Counted from the stretch's first letter, positions 9,635 to 20,430 are shown. The stretch: 64,000 nt of DNA from Mucilaginibacter sp. (GCA_028288125.1 JAQBOH010000193.1:7850-71849), one strand, 5' to 3'. Translations and numbers: made by a program. The notes: generated from the sequence alone by a model not told the origin.

Positions 9635-10411
9635 ATGGATAATCTAAAAATTACCGTATTCCAGGGGTATCTTTTCTGGGAGAATATTGATAGGAACCTG
9701 CAGAATATCAGTATCCGGCTGTCAGGCCTCCGTGAAAAAACCAACCTAATCATTCTCCCCGAAATGTTTAGCACGGGTTTTACCATGCGTGCGGACGTAC
9801 TAGCCGAACCCATGGGCGGAAAGACAATGAAGTGGATGCAGACAATTGCAGCCCTTTATAATTGCGTGATCACCGGAAGCATCATCATCAAAGAAAACGG
9901 AAAATATTATAACCGTTTAATATGGATGCGCCCGGATGGCAGCCACGAGTATTATGATAAGCGCCATTTGTTCGCTTTAGGAAAAGAGCACGAGACTTAC
10001 ACCGCCGGAGACAAAAAATTAATTGTGGAATTAAACGGGTGGAATATTTGCCCGATGATATGTTACGACCTGCGTTTCCCGGTATGGCAGCGAAATGTTG
10101 ACTGTGAATACGATCTGCTGCTTATGGTAGCCAACTGGCCCGAACGGCGGATAGCGCACTGGCGCGCATTAATAGCGGCGCGCGCTATTGAAAACCAGGC
10201 TTACGTAATCGGTGTTAACCGGGTTGGCCACGATGGCAACGAGGTTTACCATTCCGGCGATTCAACCTGCATTGACCCCAACGGCAACACGGTTTATTAC
10301 AAACGCGATGAAGAGGACATGTACACCTTTTCGATCATTGCGGATGAAGTAAAAAAAACCAGGAGGGCGCTGCCTTTTTTAAAGGATGCGGATGAGTTTA
10401 AGATTGTCTGA
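9635..10411 (+). CDS. yafV: Nitrilase-superfamily amidohydrolase (omega-amidase YafV-like)
   Basis: Catalytic triad motifs LPEMF, YDKRHLF and ICYDLRFP; ARAIENQ. Confidence 0.88.
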   Translation: MDNLKITVFQGYLFWENIDRNLQNISIRLSGLREKTNLIILPEMFSTGFTMRADVLAEPMGGKTMKWMQTIAALYNCVITGSIIIKENGKYYNRLIWMRPDGSHEYYDKRHLFALGKEHETYTAGDKKLIVELNGWNICPMICYDLRFPVWQRNVDCEYDLLLMVANWPERRIAHWRALIAARAIENQAYVIGVNRVGHDGNEVYHSGDSTCIDPNGNTVYYKRDEEDMYTFSIIADEVKKTRRALPFLKDADEFKIV

Positions 10412-10532
10412 ACACAATTAATAGAATTTAAGGACTTTGAGGGTAATGCTTTGTCAACATCACATATTTGTTACATCCGTTTAATTCCGGCTCAGGCAAT
10501 TATCTTTATCAAATAAAAACACCGTTTACTCA

Positions 10533-13500
10533 ATGAGGTACCTAACCCGCGTAATTTTATCAGCAAGTTTTATTTTTGCCTTCGTACTTACCTCATCCGG
10601 CCAACGTAAAAAAGATTATACACAATTCGTCAACCCCTTTATTGGCACGGGCGGGCATGGGCATACCTACCCGGGGGCTGTGGCGCCGTTTGGCATGGTA
10701 CAGTTAAGCCCGGATACACGCCTGACAGGTTGGGACGGCTGCTCGGGGTATTATTATACCGATACCCTGGTTTACGGCTTTTCGCATACGCATTTGAGCG
10801 GCACAGGTATTGCCGATTACTGCGATGTGTTGTTTATGCCCACCACCGGCGAGCCGCAATTTAAAAACACCGAATATTCATCCGGGTTTAAAAAGAAAAA
10901 CGAAACAGCTTCTCCCGGATACTATAAAACGCATTTGGATAAATACAATATTGATGTGGAGCTAACAGCCACTACACGGGCCGGCATGCACCACTACACT
11001 TTTCCAAAAACGCAGCAAGCCAATATTATTATCGACCTGCAGCACCGCGATGAAGTGCTCGACTCGTGGATAGAGGTGGTAAACGACCACGAGATACGCG
11101 GCTTCCGCCGTTCAAAGGGTTGGGCGAGCGACCAATCTCTTTACTTTTATGCAAAGTTTTCAACGCCTTTTAAAACATACGGCATAACATCCAACGACCA
11201 GGTGCAAACCGGGCAAAACAAAGTGCAGGGTAAAAACATCAAGCTGTATATTCAGTTTGACAACCCCGGCGAGGTAGTTTCCAAAGTGGGCATTTCGTCG
11301 GTAAGCACGGAAGGCGCTTTAAAAAACCTGGATGCGGAAATGCCCGATTTCGATTTTAAGCAAGTTCAAAAGGGAGCCAAAGCATTATGGAACGCCGAGC
11401 TTTCAAAAATAGAAGTGCAGGGCGGCGGCCCGGATGCTTCGGCACAACGTGAGCCGCAAAACATGAACCCGCAAAGCGGCTATAACAACCAGACAGGGTC
11501 GTACCGCCAGCAGCAGCAAAAAAGACAGCCGATCATTGATTATGCAAAAACCAAACAGGTTACTTTTTATACGGCCCTGTACCACACCATGCTTGCGCCA
11601 AACGTTTACAGCGATGTTGACGGGCAATACCGGGGGCTGGACCAAAAGGTGCACACAGCAACCGGCTTTAACTATTACACGGTGTTTTCCTTATGGGATA
11701 CCTACCGCGCCGAGGACCCGCTGCTCAACCTGATCGACCGGAAGCGGACACTTGATTTCATCAAATCGTTTTTAGCGATGTATGAACAGGGCGGCTTATT
11801 ACCGATTTGGCCGCTGGGCTCCAACGAGACGTATTGCATGGTGGGTAACCATTCTATTCCGGTTATTGTGGATGCCTACGCGAAGGGCATTCGCGATTTT
11901 AATGCCGAAGAGGCGTTTACCGCGATGAAGGCAGCAGTGAACCGAAATCAGTTCGGGCTGGATTCATACCGGAAAAATGGCGTGGTTTTATCAGATGATG
12001 AGCCCGAATCGGTCTCCAAAACATTGGAATATGCCTTTGACGATTGGTGCATCGCCCAGATGGCTAAAATGATGAACAAACCTGATGATTATACAACGTT
12101 TATCCAACGTGCGCAATACTGGAAAAATAATTTTAACAACCAGAACGGCTTTATGCAGGCCCGCGCAAACGGCGGCTGGTATGCGCCGTTCGATGCTACC
12201 GAGATCAACAACAATTATACAGAAGGCAACTCCTGGCAATACTCATTTTTAGCGCCGCAGGATATTGAAGGATTGATGGGCCGCATGGGCGGGAAAGCGG
12301 GCTTTGAAAGCAAGCTGGACGAGTTATTTAGTACCGACTCAAAGCTCAACGGGCGCCAGCAGGCAGACGTAACCGGCTTGATCGGCCAGTATGCGCATGG
12401 CAACGAGCCCAGTCACCACATGGCTTACCTATATAATTTTACCGATGCACCGGATAAAACGCAATTTTACGTTACCCGGATATTAAGAGAGGAATACAGC
12501 GACAAGCCCGATGGCTTATCGGGCAATGAAGACTGCGGGCAGATGTCGGCCTGGTACGTGATGAGCTCGCTGGGTATTTATAACATCGCGGCCGGCCAGC
12601 AGCAGTTCCAGGTAGGCATTCCTCAATTTGATAAAGCGGTGATCAACCTCGAGAATGGCAAGAAATTCACCATTTTAAATCCCGGCGCAAGCATCAGCCG
12701 CGGCGATATTTACCTGCAGGGCATGAATTTGAATAAAAGGGCTTATAATAAACTCTACCTCGATTATTCATCCGTTGCCAATGGCGGCGAGTTTGAGGTA
12801 TTCACCGGCCGCTTACCCAACCGGCTGTTTGTGCAGGATCTGGAAAAGCCGGCATCAAAGATTACCGACAACCTCATCGTACCCAATCCGTATATCGTCG
12901 CGCCGGCGAAAACGTTTAAACAGCCTATCAGCATTGAAATAAAAGATGCGGATGCCGGTGCCAAAATATATTACACGCTCGACGGCACTATTCCTACCGC
13001 GAACTCAACCTTGTACAGCTTACCGATAAGTATTTCGTCCAACACTACCATTAAGACCATCGCTATAGAAGACGGCAAAACCAGCTTTGTTGATGAGGGC
13101 ACATTTACTAAGATCCGCGATGATATTAAGCTTACCCTGGTGAATAAATACCTGCCAAATTATGCCGATGAGGGCGATAACGCGCTTATCAATGGCATAC
13201 ACGGTAAAACCAGCTGGCGGCTGGGCAACTGGCAGGGTTTCCGGGGAAATGACCTTGTCGCGATAATCGATATGGAACGGGTAAGGCCCATCAAACAGGT
13301 AAGCCTTGGTACGCTGCAGGATAGCGGCGCATGGATCGTTTTCCCTCAATATGTGCAATATTGGGTCTCAGACGACGGTACCAACTACAAGCTGGCCGCA
13401 ACGGTGAATACAAAGGTTGACATTAAAGACCTTAATGTGCAAACCCAGGAATTTACCGCGCCGTTAAATCTGAAAGCAAGGTATATCAAGCTGATTGCCA

Positions 13501-13583
13501 AACAATACGGCCCGTTGCCGGAATGGCACGAGAGCAAGGGCAACCAATCGTATATTTTTGCGGATGAGATAACGGTGGAATAG
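10533..13583 (+). CDS. GH92 alpha-mannosidase with C-terminal FN3-associated and F5/8-type domains
   Basis: VNPFIGTGGHGHTYPGA, FSHTHLSGTG, SLWDTYR, YTEGNSWQY, HGNEPSHH and GNEDCGQMSAWYV motifs; IYYTLDGT. Confidence 0.93.
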   Translation: MRYLTRVILSASFIFAFVLTSSGQRKKDYTQFVNPFIGTGGHGHTYPGAVAPFGMVQLSPDTRLTGWDGCSGYYYTDTLVYGFSHTHLSGTGIADYCDVLFMPTTGEPQFKNTEYSSGFKKKNETASPGYYKTHLDKYNIDVELTATTRAGMHHYTFPKTQQANIIIDLQHRDEVLDSWIEVVNDHEIRGFRRSKGWASDQSLYFYAKFSTPFKTYGITSNDQVQTGQNKVQGKNIKLYIQFDNPGEVVSKVGISSVSTEGALKNLDAEMPDFDFKQVQKGAKALWNAELSKIEVQGGGPDASAQREPQNMNPQSGYNNQTGSYRQQQQKRQPIIDYAKTKQVTFYTALYHTMLAPNVYSDVDGQYRGLDQKVHTATGFNYYTVFSLWDTYRAEDPLLNLIDRKRTLDFIKSFLAMYEQGGLLPIWPLGSNETYCMVGNHSIPVIVDAYAKGIRDFNAEEAFTAMKAAVNRNQFGLDSYRKNGVVLSDDEPESVSKTLEYAFDDWCIAQMAKMMNKPDDYTTFIQRAQYWKNNFNNQNGFMQARANGGWYAPFDATEINNNYTEGNSWQYSFLAPQDIEGLMGRMGGKAGFESKLDELFSTDSKLNGRQQADVTGLIGQYAHGNEPSHHMAYLYNFTDAPDKTQFYVTRILREEYSDKPDGLSGNEDCGQMSAWYVMSSLGIYNIAAGQQQFQVGIPQFDKAVINLENGKKFTILNPGASISRGDIYLQGMNLNKRAYNKLYLDYSSVANGGEFEVFTGRLPNRLFVQDLEKPASKITDNLIVPNPYIVAPAKTFKQPISIEIKDADAGAKIYYTLDGTIPTANSTLYSLPISISSNTTIKTIAIEDGKTSFVDEGTFTKIRDDIKLTLVNKYLPNYADEGDNALINGIHGKTSWRLGNWQGFRGNDLVAIIDMERVRPIKQVSLGTLQDSGAWIVFPQYVQYWVSDDGTNYKLAATVNTKVDIKDLNVQTQEFTAPLNLKARYIKLIAKQYGPLPEWHESKGNQSYIFADEITVE

Positions 13584-13588
13584 TGAGA

Positions 13589-13625
13589 GGTTGATTGGGT
13601 TGGATTGGGTTGGATTGGGTTGATT
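13589..13625. repeat. Short tandem repeat, about 4 copies of GGTTG(G)ATTG
   Basis: GGTTGATTG GGTTGGATTG GGTTGGATTG GGTTGATT immediately after the GH92 stop. Confidence 0.85.
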
Positions 13626-13645
13626 ACCGAGTCCGTCGGGCAATG

Positions 13646-13673
13646 GTAGAGACGCAATGCATTGCGTCTCTAC
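13646..13673. repeat. GTAG-type REP palindrome
   Basis: Perfect 28-bp palindrome GTAGAGACGCAATGCATTGCGTCTCTAC; relatives at 55466-55549. Confidence 0.88.
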
Positions 13674-13804
13674 GACGGGTACATACATTGGATGGCGCAA
13701 TTTCCGCAACGTGGTCTTCTCCAAGAACAAAATCGGCGAAATCTTAATTAAATCAGTATCAAAGTGTTCAACTCTCAAAAATTGGAACACCTGAATATGT
13801 AAAA

Positions 13805-14683
13805 TTACTCCGCAAGCAAGATCCGCTTTGCATCTTCCACTTTCTCCTTTTCCTCCTTTGCCAAAACGGGATATTCCAGTTTCAATTTCATCATTGTATC
13901 CAGGATAATACTTGAAATAGCTATCCGGGTAAACCACTTCTTATCTGCAGGGATAACATACCAGGGGCTTTGTTTGGTGGCGGTTTCCTGTATTGCTTTT
14001 TCATAAGCCTTCATATAATCACCCCAAAACTCGCGCTCGTAAACATCTGAAGCCGAAAATTTCCAGTTTTTGTCAGTGTCATCAATACGTGCTAAAAAGC
14101 GCTTCTTTTGTTCCTCCTTTGATACGTTCAAAAAAAACTTGATCATTATAGTACCGTTTTCAGCCAGGTGCTGTTCAAAAGTCCGTATGCTTTCATACCG
14201 CTGCTGCCAAAATTTTTTCTTTATCTTTTTCACATTGCCGATCCCGGGCAGGTGTTCGTTCAGCAACAGTTCGGGGTGAACTTTGGTAATAAGCACGTTC
14301 TCGTAATGCGAACGGTTGTGCACGCCGATACGCCCGCGCTGGGGTAAAGCTTTATAATGCCTCCATAAAAAATCATGATCTAATTCCTCTGTGCTGGGCT
14401 GCTTAAAGCTAACCACATCACAACCCTGCGGGTTTAAACCCGATAGCGTATGTGCTATCGCGCTGTCTTTCCCGGCCGCATCCATCGCCTGGAAAATAAC
14501 AAGAAGTGAATACCGGTTATCGGCATACAACTCGGACTGCAGTACGGCTGTTTCTTTGATCAGGCCTTCCAGGATCTCGTCCGTTTCTTCCTTCTTCAAA
14601 TCGCCCGACCAGGAGGTATCCATATCCTTAAGCAAAAACTTTTTACCGCCGGTTATTTTAAATTTATTAATTATGCCTTTCAT
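13805..14683 (-). CDS. ppk2: Polyphosphate kinase 2 family protein
   Basis: AMDAAGKD (Walker A), SFKQPS, HDFLWR, NRSHYE and PWYVIPADKKW motifs. Confidence 0.93.
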   Translation of the reverse strand: MKGIINKFKITGGKKFLLKDMDTSWSGDLKKEETDEILEGLIKETAVLQSELYADNRYSLLVIFQAMDAAGKDSAIAHTLSGLNPQGCDVVSFKQPSTEELDHDFLWRHYKALPQRGRIGVHNRSHYENVLITKVHPELLLNEHLPGIGNVKKIKKKFWQQRYESIRTFEQHLAENGTIMIKFFLNVSKEEQKKRFLARIDDTDKNWKFSASDVYEREFWGDYMKAYEKAIQETATKQSPWYVIPADKKWFTRIAISSIILDTMMKLKLEYPVLAKEEKEKVEDAKRILLAE

Positions 14684-14795
14684 AACACAAAATTGATGTA
14701 TGCTAAGTTAATCTAAAATTTAGCTGCTAAAATTGCGTTGTTAATATTTGTTTAACCGGCTATTATTTAAGGCCATAATTTGCATCTTTACCCCT

Positions 14796-17090
14796 ATGTT
14801 CAGGCGAATAAAATTTCCCATTCTAAGATATCTTGTCATCTTTCTTTATTTTGTTGTAATCTTCTTTTGTGCCATAGAATTGAACTTTTTGTGGCTGTTT
14901 GGCTACTCGCCTGATATGCAGGACATTAAAACGCCGACCTTGTCGTTATCGTCAGAAGTGTACTACGCCGACGGTACGTTGATTGGTCGTTATTACAAGC
15001 AGAACCGCTCACCCGTCGAGTTTAAAGACATCTCTCCCAACATTATAAACGCCCTGATAGCGACCGAAGACGTGCGGTTTTACAAGCATAGAGGGGTTGA
15101 TTTTTATTCGTTTTTTACCAGCATGATCTCAACCGCAAAAGGCGACCGCCGCGGCGGCAGCACCATTACCCAGCAGCTGGCAAAAAACCTGTTCGAGACC
15201 CGGAAAAAGAAATCACAGGGAATTATCAAACATGTACCTTTTATCAGGACCATTGTTTACAAATGCAAGGAATGGCTCACAGCGTTTAAAATTGAGCATG
15301 TTTATACCAAGCAGCAAATACTTACGCTGTATTTAAACACGGTACCGTTTGGCAACAATTCGTTTGGTATTAAAACGGCATCCTTAAAAATATTCAACAA
15401 AACGCCTGATAAAGTAAATCCCGCCGAAGCGGCAACACTGGTAGGGATGTTAAAAGCAACTTCGACTTATAATCCCATAAATAACCCTGACCATGCTTTG
15501 GAACGGCGCAATGTGGTGCTGGGGCAAATGCTAAAATATGACTACCTGACCCAGGCTGAATATGACGTCAACGTTAAAAAGCCGATCACGCTCGATTTGA
15601 GCTATGTTGAAAATGAGGGCCAGGGCGATTCCTACATACGCCAGGCGGTAGAACGGTGGCTAAAAAAATGGCTGCACGATAACGATTACGATTTATATCA
15701 GGACGGTCTGAAAATATATACCACGATAGATCCGCGCCTGCAGCAATACGCCGAGGAAGCGGTAGCCGAAAAAATGAAAATGCTACAAAAACGGTTTGAT
15801 AACCTTTGGGGCAAGAAAAACCCCTGGCGCGACTCAAACGGTGACGAAATAACTGATTTTGTTTTAAAGGCTGAGCAGCATTTACCCATTTATGAAAAGC
15901 TTGTAAAAAAATACAGCAACAATACAGCGCTTATCAATCAATATTTTGAAAGGCCCAAACACATGAAGGTATTTACCTGGAACGGCGATAAGGATACCAC
16001 CTTCTCGAGTGTAGATTCTATTAAATACTATACGCGCATTTTAAATACCGGGATGATGACCATTGAACCATCGACCGGCAAAATTAAAGTATGGGTGGGC
16101 GGCATTGACCACCAGTATTTTAATTACGACCATGTGAACCAATCACGCAGGCAGGCAGGTTCAACCTTTAAACCTTTCGCGTATGTGACAGCACTGGATA
16201 ACGGTTTTAGCCCCTGCGATAAGTTTACTGACAAACCCGTGTCCATTAAATATAATGATGGCGGAAAAACGCAGGTTTGGGAACCTAAAAATGCCGATTT
16301 CAGGTTTTCGTACCAGGAAATGTCGCTGCGCTGGGCGATGGGAAAATCGGTTAACTCCGTTACCGCACAGGTAACTGAAAAGGTCGGCTGGGATAAAGTG
16401 GTCGAATACGCCCATAAATGCGGCATTGAAAGCCCTTTGAAATCGGTCCCATCCGTGTCGTTGGGTTCAAATGATGTTTCCGTTTATGAAATGGTGCGGG
16501 CATATAGCACGTTTTTAAATAAAGGGCAAAAAATTGACCCGCTTTTGGTAAGCAGGATCACAGATCAGCAGGGCAATGTACTGGAGGAGTTTACACTTAA
16601 GACCGAAAAAGTTTTGAGCGAAGAAACCGCTTGGCTGATGCTCTATATGTTCAGGGGAGGAATGGAAGAACCGGGCGGCACTTCGCTGGCCCTGTGGGAA
16701 TATCCCGGTCTCTGGAAAAAAGACAACCAGATCGGCGGTAAAACAGGCACCTCATCGGGCTATGTTGACGGCTGGTATATGGGCATCACTAAAGACCTTG
16801 TTACCGGTATCTGGGTAGGCGCAGATGACCGCAGCGTGCATTTTACATCGTCAGAAACAGGCGAAGGTTCGCATACCGCGCTACCCATTTTTGGCCGGTT
16901 TATGGAAAAAGTTTATGCCGACCCGAAATCCGGCTATACCTATGGGCCATTCCCGAAACCCTGGTCAAAAATTTCCAAAACATATGATTGTCCTTCACCG
17001 CGCATAAAAACCGATACAGCGGCGATAGATAGCCTGTTTATGCCGGGTGATACAACCATGATAAAACCTGACACAGTGAAAACAGATTAA
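14796..17090 (+). CDS. Class A penicillin-binding protein (transglycosylase-transpeptidase)
   Basis: ATEDVRF and GGSTITQQLAKN (GT51); STFK, SVN and KTGT transpeptidase motifs; ATG at 14796 preferred over TTG at 14748. Confidence 0.93.
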   Translation: MFRRIKFPILRYLVIFLYFVVIFFCAIELNFLWLFGYSPDMQDIKTPTLSLSSEVYYADGTLIGRYYKQNRSPVEFKDISPNIINALIATEDVRFYKHRGVDFYSFFTSMISTAKGDRRGGSTITQQLAKNLFETRKKKSQGIIKHVPFIRTIVYKCKEWLTAFKIEHVYTKQQILTLYLNTVPFGNNSFGIKTASLKIFNKTPDKVNPAEAATLVGMLKATSTYNPINNPDHALERRNVVLGQMLKYDYLTQAEYDVNVKKPITLDLSYVENEGQGDSYIRQAVERWLKKWLHDNDYDLYQDGLKIYTTIDPRLQQYAEEAVAEKMKMLQKRFDNLWGKKNPWRDSNGDEITDFVLKAEQHLPIYEKLVKKYSNNTALINQYFERPKHMKVFTWNGDKDTTFSSVDSIKYYTRILNTGMMTIEPSTGKIKVWVGGIDHQYFNYDHVNQSRRQAGSTFKPFAYVTALDNGFSPCDKFTDKPVSIKYNDGGKTQVWEPKNADFRFSYQEMSLRWAMGKSVNSVTAQVTEKVGWDKVVEYAHKCGIESPLKSVPSVSLGSNDVSVYEMVRAYSTFLNKGQKIDPLLVSRITDQQGNVLEEFTLKTEKVLSEETAWLMLYMFRGGMEEPGGTSLALWEYPGLWKKDNQIGGKTGTSSGYVDGWYMGITKDLVTGIWVGADDRSVHFTSSETGEGSHTALPIFGRFMEKVYADPKSGYTYGPFPKPWSKISKTYDCPSPRIKTDTAAIDSLFMPGDTTMIKPDTVKTD

Positions 17091-17232
17091 TTGAATTAAA
17101 ATGGTTTAATTAGCTGAAAATTATATCTGTACGCTGTTACAACTTTTATTGTTATTACAACGTACTCAACTTACAAAGCCTGTTAACTTGTAACTTATTT
17201 GCTTAAATTAGCCATTATTCTATTATCACTGT

Positions 17233-20200
17233 ATGAGTAAACCTTTCCTTCCCCTGGTTAATATTAAAAAAATCCCATTCATATTATTTTGCATAGCCGG
17301 CTTGCTCCTTTTCAGCCGGCAAACTAAAGCGCAATATTTTGGACAAAATAAAGTGCGCTACAAAAAGCTTGATTTTAAGGTTTATAAAACCCCCCACTTC
17401 GAGATCTATTATTATTTAAAAAACGATAGTATGATCAAGCGCTTTGCGCAGGAAAGTGAATTGTGGTACACGCTTCACCAGCAAATTTTCAGGGATACTT
17501 TTAAAAGGCCAAATCCGATCATCCTGTATGCCAATCACCCCGAATTTCAACAAACCACCGCTATCGACGGCGAAATTGACGTAGGCACAGGCGGGGTTAC
17601 GGAAGGACTAAAAAACCGGGTAGTTATACCCGTAATGGAAACCAATCAAATGACCCGGCACGTAATTGGGCACGAGCTGGTGCACGCCTTCCAGTATCAC
17701 ACGTTGCTGGGTAGAGACTCATCCAATTTCGAAAACATTAATAATTTGCCCTTATGGATGATTGAGGGCATGGCGGAATATTTTTCATTGGGAAAAAACG
17801 ACTCTTATACAGCGATGTGGATACGGGATGCCTACCTAAGTCACGACATCCCCACTATAAAAGACATGACGCAGAGCAACAAATATTTCCCCTATCGCTA
17901 CGGTCAGGCGTTCTGGTCGTTTATTGGGTCTACGTATGGCGATACCGTTATTGTTCCCTTTTTTAAAAATACGGCTCGGTTTGGTTTACAATATGGCATC
18001 AGGCGTACGTTTGGATATGATGAAAAAACCTTATCAAGTCTCTGGAAACACGCTATTGAATTAACCTATAAGCCTTACCTGAAGGATACAGCCCAGGTGC
18101 CCCCTGGGCACAGGGTGGTCGATGAAAAAAATTCAGGCAAGTTAAACCTCGCCCCCGCTGTAAGTCCGGATGGGAAATACCTCGCCTTTTTATCGGAGAA
18201 AAGCCTGTTTACAGTCGATTTATTTTTGGCGGATGCCAAAACAGGGCGGATATTGCGAAAGCTTACCAGTAAGGTTTCCAATACGCATATCGATGAGTTT
18301 AACTTCATTGAATCTGCGGGTGCCTGGTCGCCGGATAGCAAGCGGTTTGCCTTCAGCGTATTCAGCAAGGGCCGCAACCGCATGGTGGTAGTTGACATAG
18401 CGAGCGGACGTGTTGTTGATGATATTGCTATGGGTAAAGCCGAGCAATTCAGCAATCTTTCATGGTCGCCGGACGGGAAAAATGTAGTTTTCCAGGGATT
18501 ATCAGAAGGACAGGGTGATTTGTACCTCTATAACTTTGACACCAAACAAGTAAGGCAGTTAACCAATGATAAATACTCTGATTATCAGCCTAGTTTTTCA
18601 AGGGATGGCAAAAAGATTATCTTTTCGAGTGACCGGACTACTTACGACCAATCTTTGTCACAAGATATCACCTTTAATTTGGCTGAGTTAGATATTGCAA
18701 CCGGAAAAGTAACCGACATTAAACTCTTTAATGGTGCCAACAACTTAAATCCTGTGTATTCATCAGATGGAACACAGATTTACTTCCTGTCAAATCGTGA
18801 TGGTTTCCGTAATATGTACCGTTACAGTCCGGCTACAGGAAAGGTGGAGCAAATGACCAATTTGTTTACAGGCATATCCGGAATTACAGAATACTCCCCC
18901 GCGCTAAGCATTTCAATAAATAACGATATTGTCTATTCTTACTATCGCGCCCAAAAATACACGCTGTATAATGCAAAGGCTACCGATTTTACCGGCACAC
19001 CTGTCGACGGACAGGAAACAAACTTTAGTGCCGGAATGCTGCCACCGGCCCGGTCTGTTGGGGTTGATTTAATCAACTCAAACCTGAATAATTACCTGGC
19101 GTATCCAAAGCTGCCGATCGATTCTATAAAAACTGTGCCTTACAAACCAATGTTCAAGCTGGACTATTTGGCCAGCAGCGGCGTGGGCGCGTCAGTAAGC
19201 CAGTTCGGCGCTGGTTTATCGAGTGGAGTACAGGGGGTTTTTAGTGATATTTTAGGCCGTAATCAAATTTATGCGGGCCTTGCTGTCAATGGCGAGATTT
19301 ACGATTTCGGCGGCCAGTTTGCTTACATAAATCAAACGGCAAGATGGAACTTTGGGGTGAGCATATCCCATATACCTTTTCAAACCGCTAACTATAGCAT
19401 AGTTCCCTCTACTTATAAAATAAATACCACAACCACCATCCCGGCTGTTGAAGAGAGATATGATATCATCCGGATTTTCCAGGACCAGATTTCGTTGTTT
19501 ACGTCCTATCCTATCACAAAAAAAACCAGGGTTGAGTTTGGAACAGGAGGCGCCGCTTATTATTACAGAGTGGATAGATATAGTTCTGTTTATGACACGC
19601 TTGGAAACCTGCTTAATTATACACATAACCATATCCCAAACTCCGCGTACAATGCCGATCCCAATAATAATGGGATAAACCTAACACCTTTTCATATTTT
19701 TAATGTAAATACCGCTTTGGTGGGCGATAATTCTTTTTTTGGAGTCGCGTCGCCACTGAATGGCTATCGCTACAGGTTACAGGCCGAGTATGATTTTGGT
19801 ACATATCGATACTTTGCCCCTACTATTGACCTGCGCGAATATGTGCGGGCTGCACCGGTAACTTTTGCCGCCCGTTTATATGGGTATGGCCGTTTCGGCA
19901 ATACGGGTAATCTTTATCCATTATACGTTGGCTATCCATTTTTAATACGCGGCTACGAAGCGCAAACTTTTTATAGCGGGAATGGCAAAGTGCCCACCAA
20001 TGGCTTTACGATCGACCAGCTATCCGGCAACAGGTTAGCTGTAGCCAATTTTGAAGTGCGTTTACCGTTCACCGGGCCCGAAAGGCTTTCACAAATTAAA
20101 TCAAAGCTCCTGTTTACCGAACTCAATTTATTCTTTGATGCCGGTTTAGCCTGGAACGCGGGCAATGAAATAAAATTTCAATCCGGGCCGGATGCCATTG

Positions 20201-20385
20201 GTAAAGATGCAGCGGGCCAAACCATTTATAATACCAATCAGCGTGTGCCGGCTACAAGCGCAGGTATTTCAATAAGGGTAAATGTGTTTGGGGCTTTTGT
20301 TTTGGAACCATACTTTGCTATTCCATTTAACCGGACCGACATAAATAAACCTGTGTTTGGATTAGGGTTTACTCCCGGCTGGTAA
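17233..20385 (+). CDS. Outer-membrane protein: gluzincin-like domain, PD40/TolB-like propeller, Omp85-type barrel
   Basis: Signal peptide; HELVH...EGMAEY; repeated (W/V/F)S(P/R/S)DG blades; C-terminal amphipathic strands with IRGY and terminal Trp. Confidence 0.8.
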   Translation: MSKPFLPLVNIKKIPFILFCIAGLLLFSRQTKAQYFGQNKVRYKKLDFKVYKTPHFEIYYYLKNDSMIKRFAQESELWYTLHQQIFRDTFKRPNPIILYANHPEFQQTTAIDGEIDVGTGGVTEGLKNRVVIPVMETNQMTRHVIGHELVHAFQYHTLLGRDSSNFENINNLPLWMIEGMAEYFSLGKNDSYTAMWIRDAYLSHDIPTIKDMTQSNKYFPYRYGQAFWSFIGSTYGDTVIVPFFKNTARFGLQYGIRRTFGYDEKTLSSLWKHAIELTYKPYLKDTAQVPPGHRVVDEKNSGKLNLAPAVSPDGKYLAFLSEKSLFTVDLFLADAKTGRILRKLTSKVSNTHIDEFNFIESAGAWSPDSKRFAFSVFSKGRNRMVVVDIASGRVVDDIAMGKAEQFSNLSWSPDGKNVVFQGLSEGQGDLYLYNFDTKQVRQLTNDKYSDYQPSFSRDGKKIIFSSDRTTYDQSLSQDITFNLAELDIATGKVTDIKLFNGANNLNPVYSSDGTQIYFLSNRDGFRNMYRYSPATGKVEQMTNLFTGISGITEYSPALSISINNDIVYSYYRAQKYTLYNAKATDFTGTPVDGQETNFSAGMLPPARSVGVDLINSNLNNYLAYPKLPIDSIKTVPYKPMFKLDYLASSGVGASVSQFGAGLSSGVQGVFSDILGRNQIYAGLAVNGEIYDFGGQFAYINQTARWNFGVSISHIPFQTANYSIVPSTYKINTTTTIPAVEERYDIIRIFQDQISLFTSYPITKKTRVEFGTGGAAYYYRVDRYSSVYDTLGNLLNYTHNHIPNSAYNADPNNNGINLTPFHIFNVNTALVGDNSFFGVASPLNGYRYRLQAEYDFGTYRYFAPTIDLREYVRAAPVTFAARLYGYGRFGNTGNLYPLYVGYPFLIRGYEAQTFYSGNGKVPTNGFTIDQLSGNRLAVANFEVRLPFTGPERLSQIKSKLLFTELNLFFDAGLAWNAGNEIKFQSGPDAIGKDAAGQTIYNTNQRVPATSAGISIRVNVFGAFVLEPYFAIPFNRTDINKPVFGLGFTPGW

Positions 20386-20430
20386 TTCCGGAATTTGGTT
20401 ATAATGCCAATTAGCTAAGAATTATGGTGT

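Noticed and set aside
9493-9813. Antisense ORFs spanning heptamer arrays (also 34272-34541)
   Set aside because: Peptides such as VHSPWSIDHS and SHWSLVIDH are repeat translations, antisense to well-supported genes
13385-13937. ORFs containing VETQCIASL and NPTQ repeats, considered as a RAYT transposase remnant
   Set aside because: The peptides are just translations of the REP palindrome and the 10-mer repeat; no HUH or catalytic Tyr motifs; they overlap real genes
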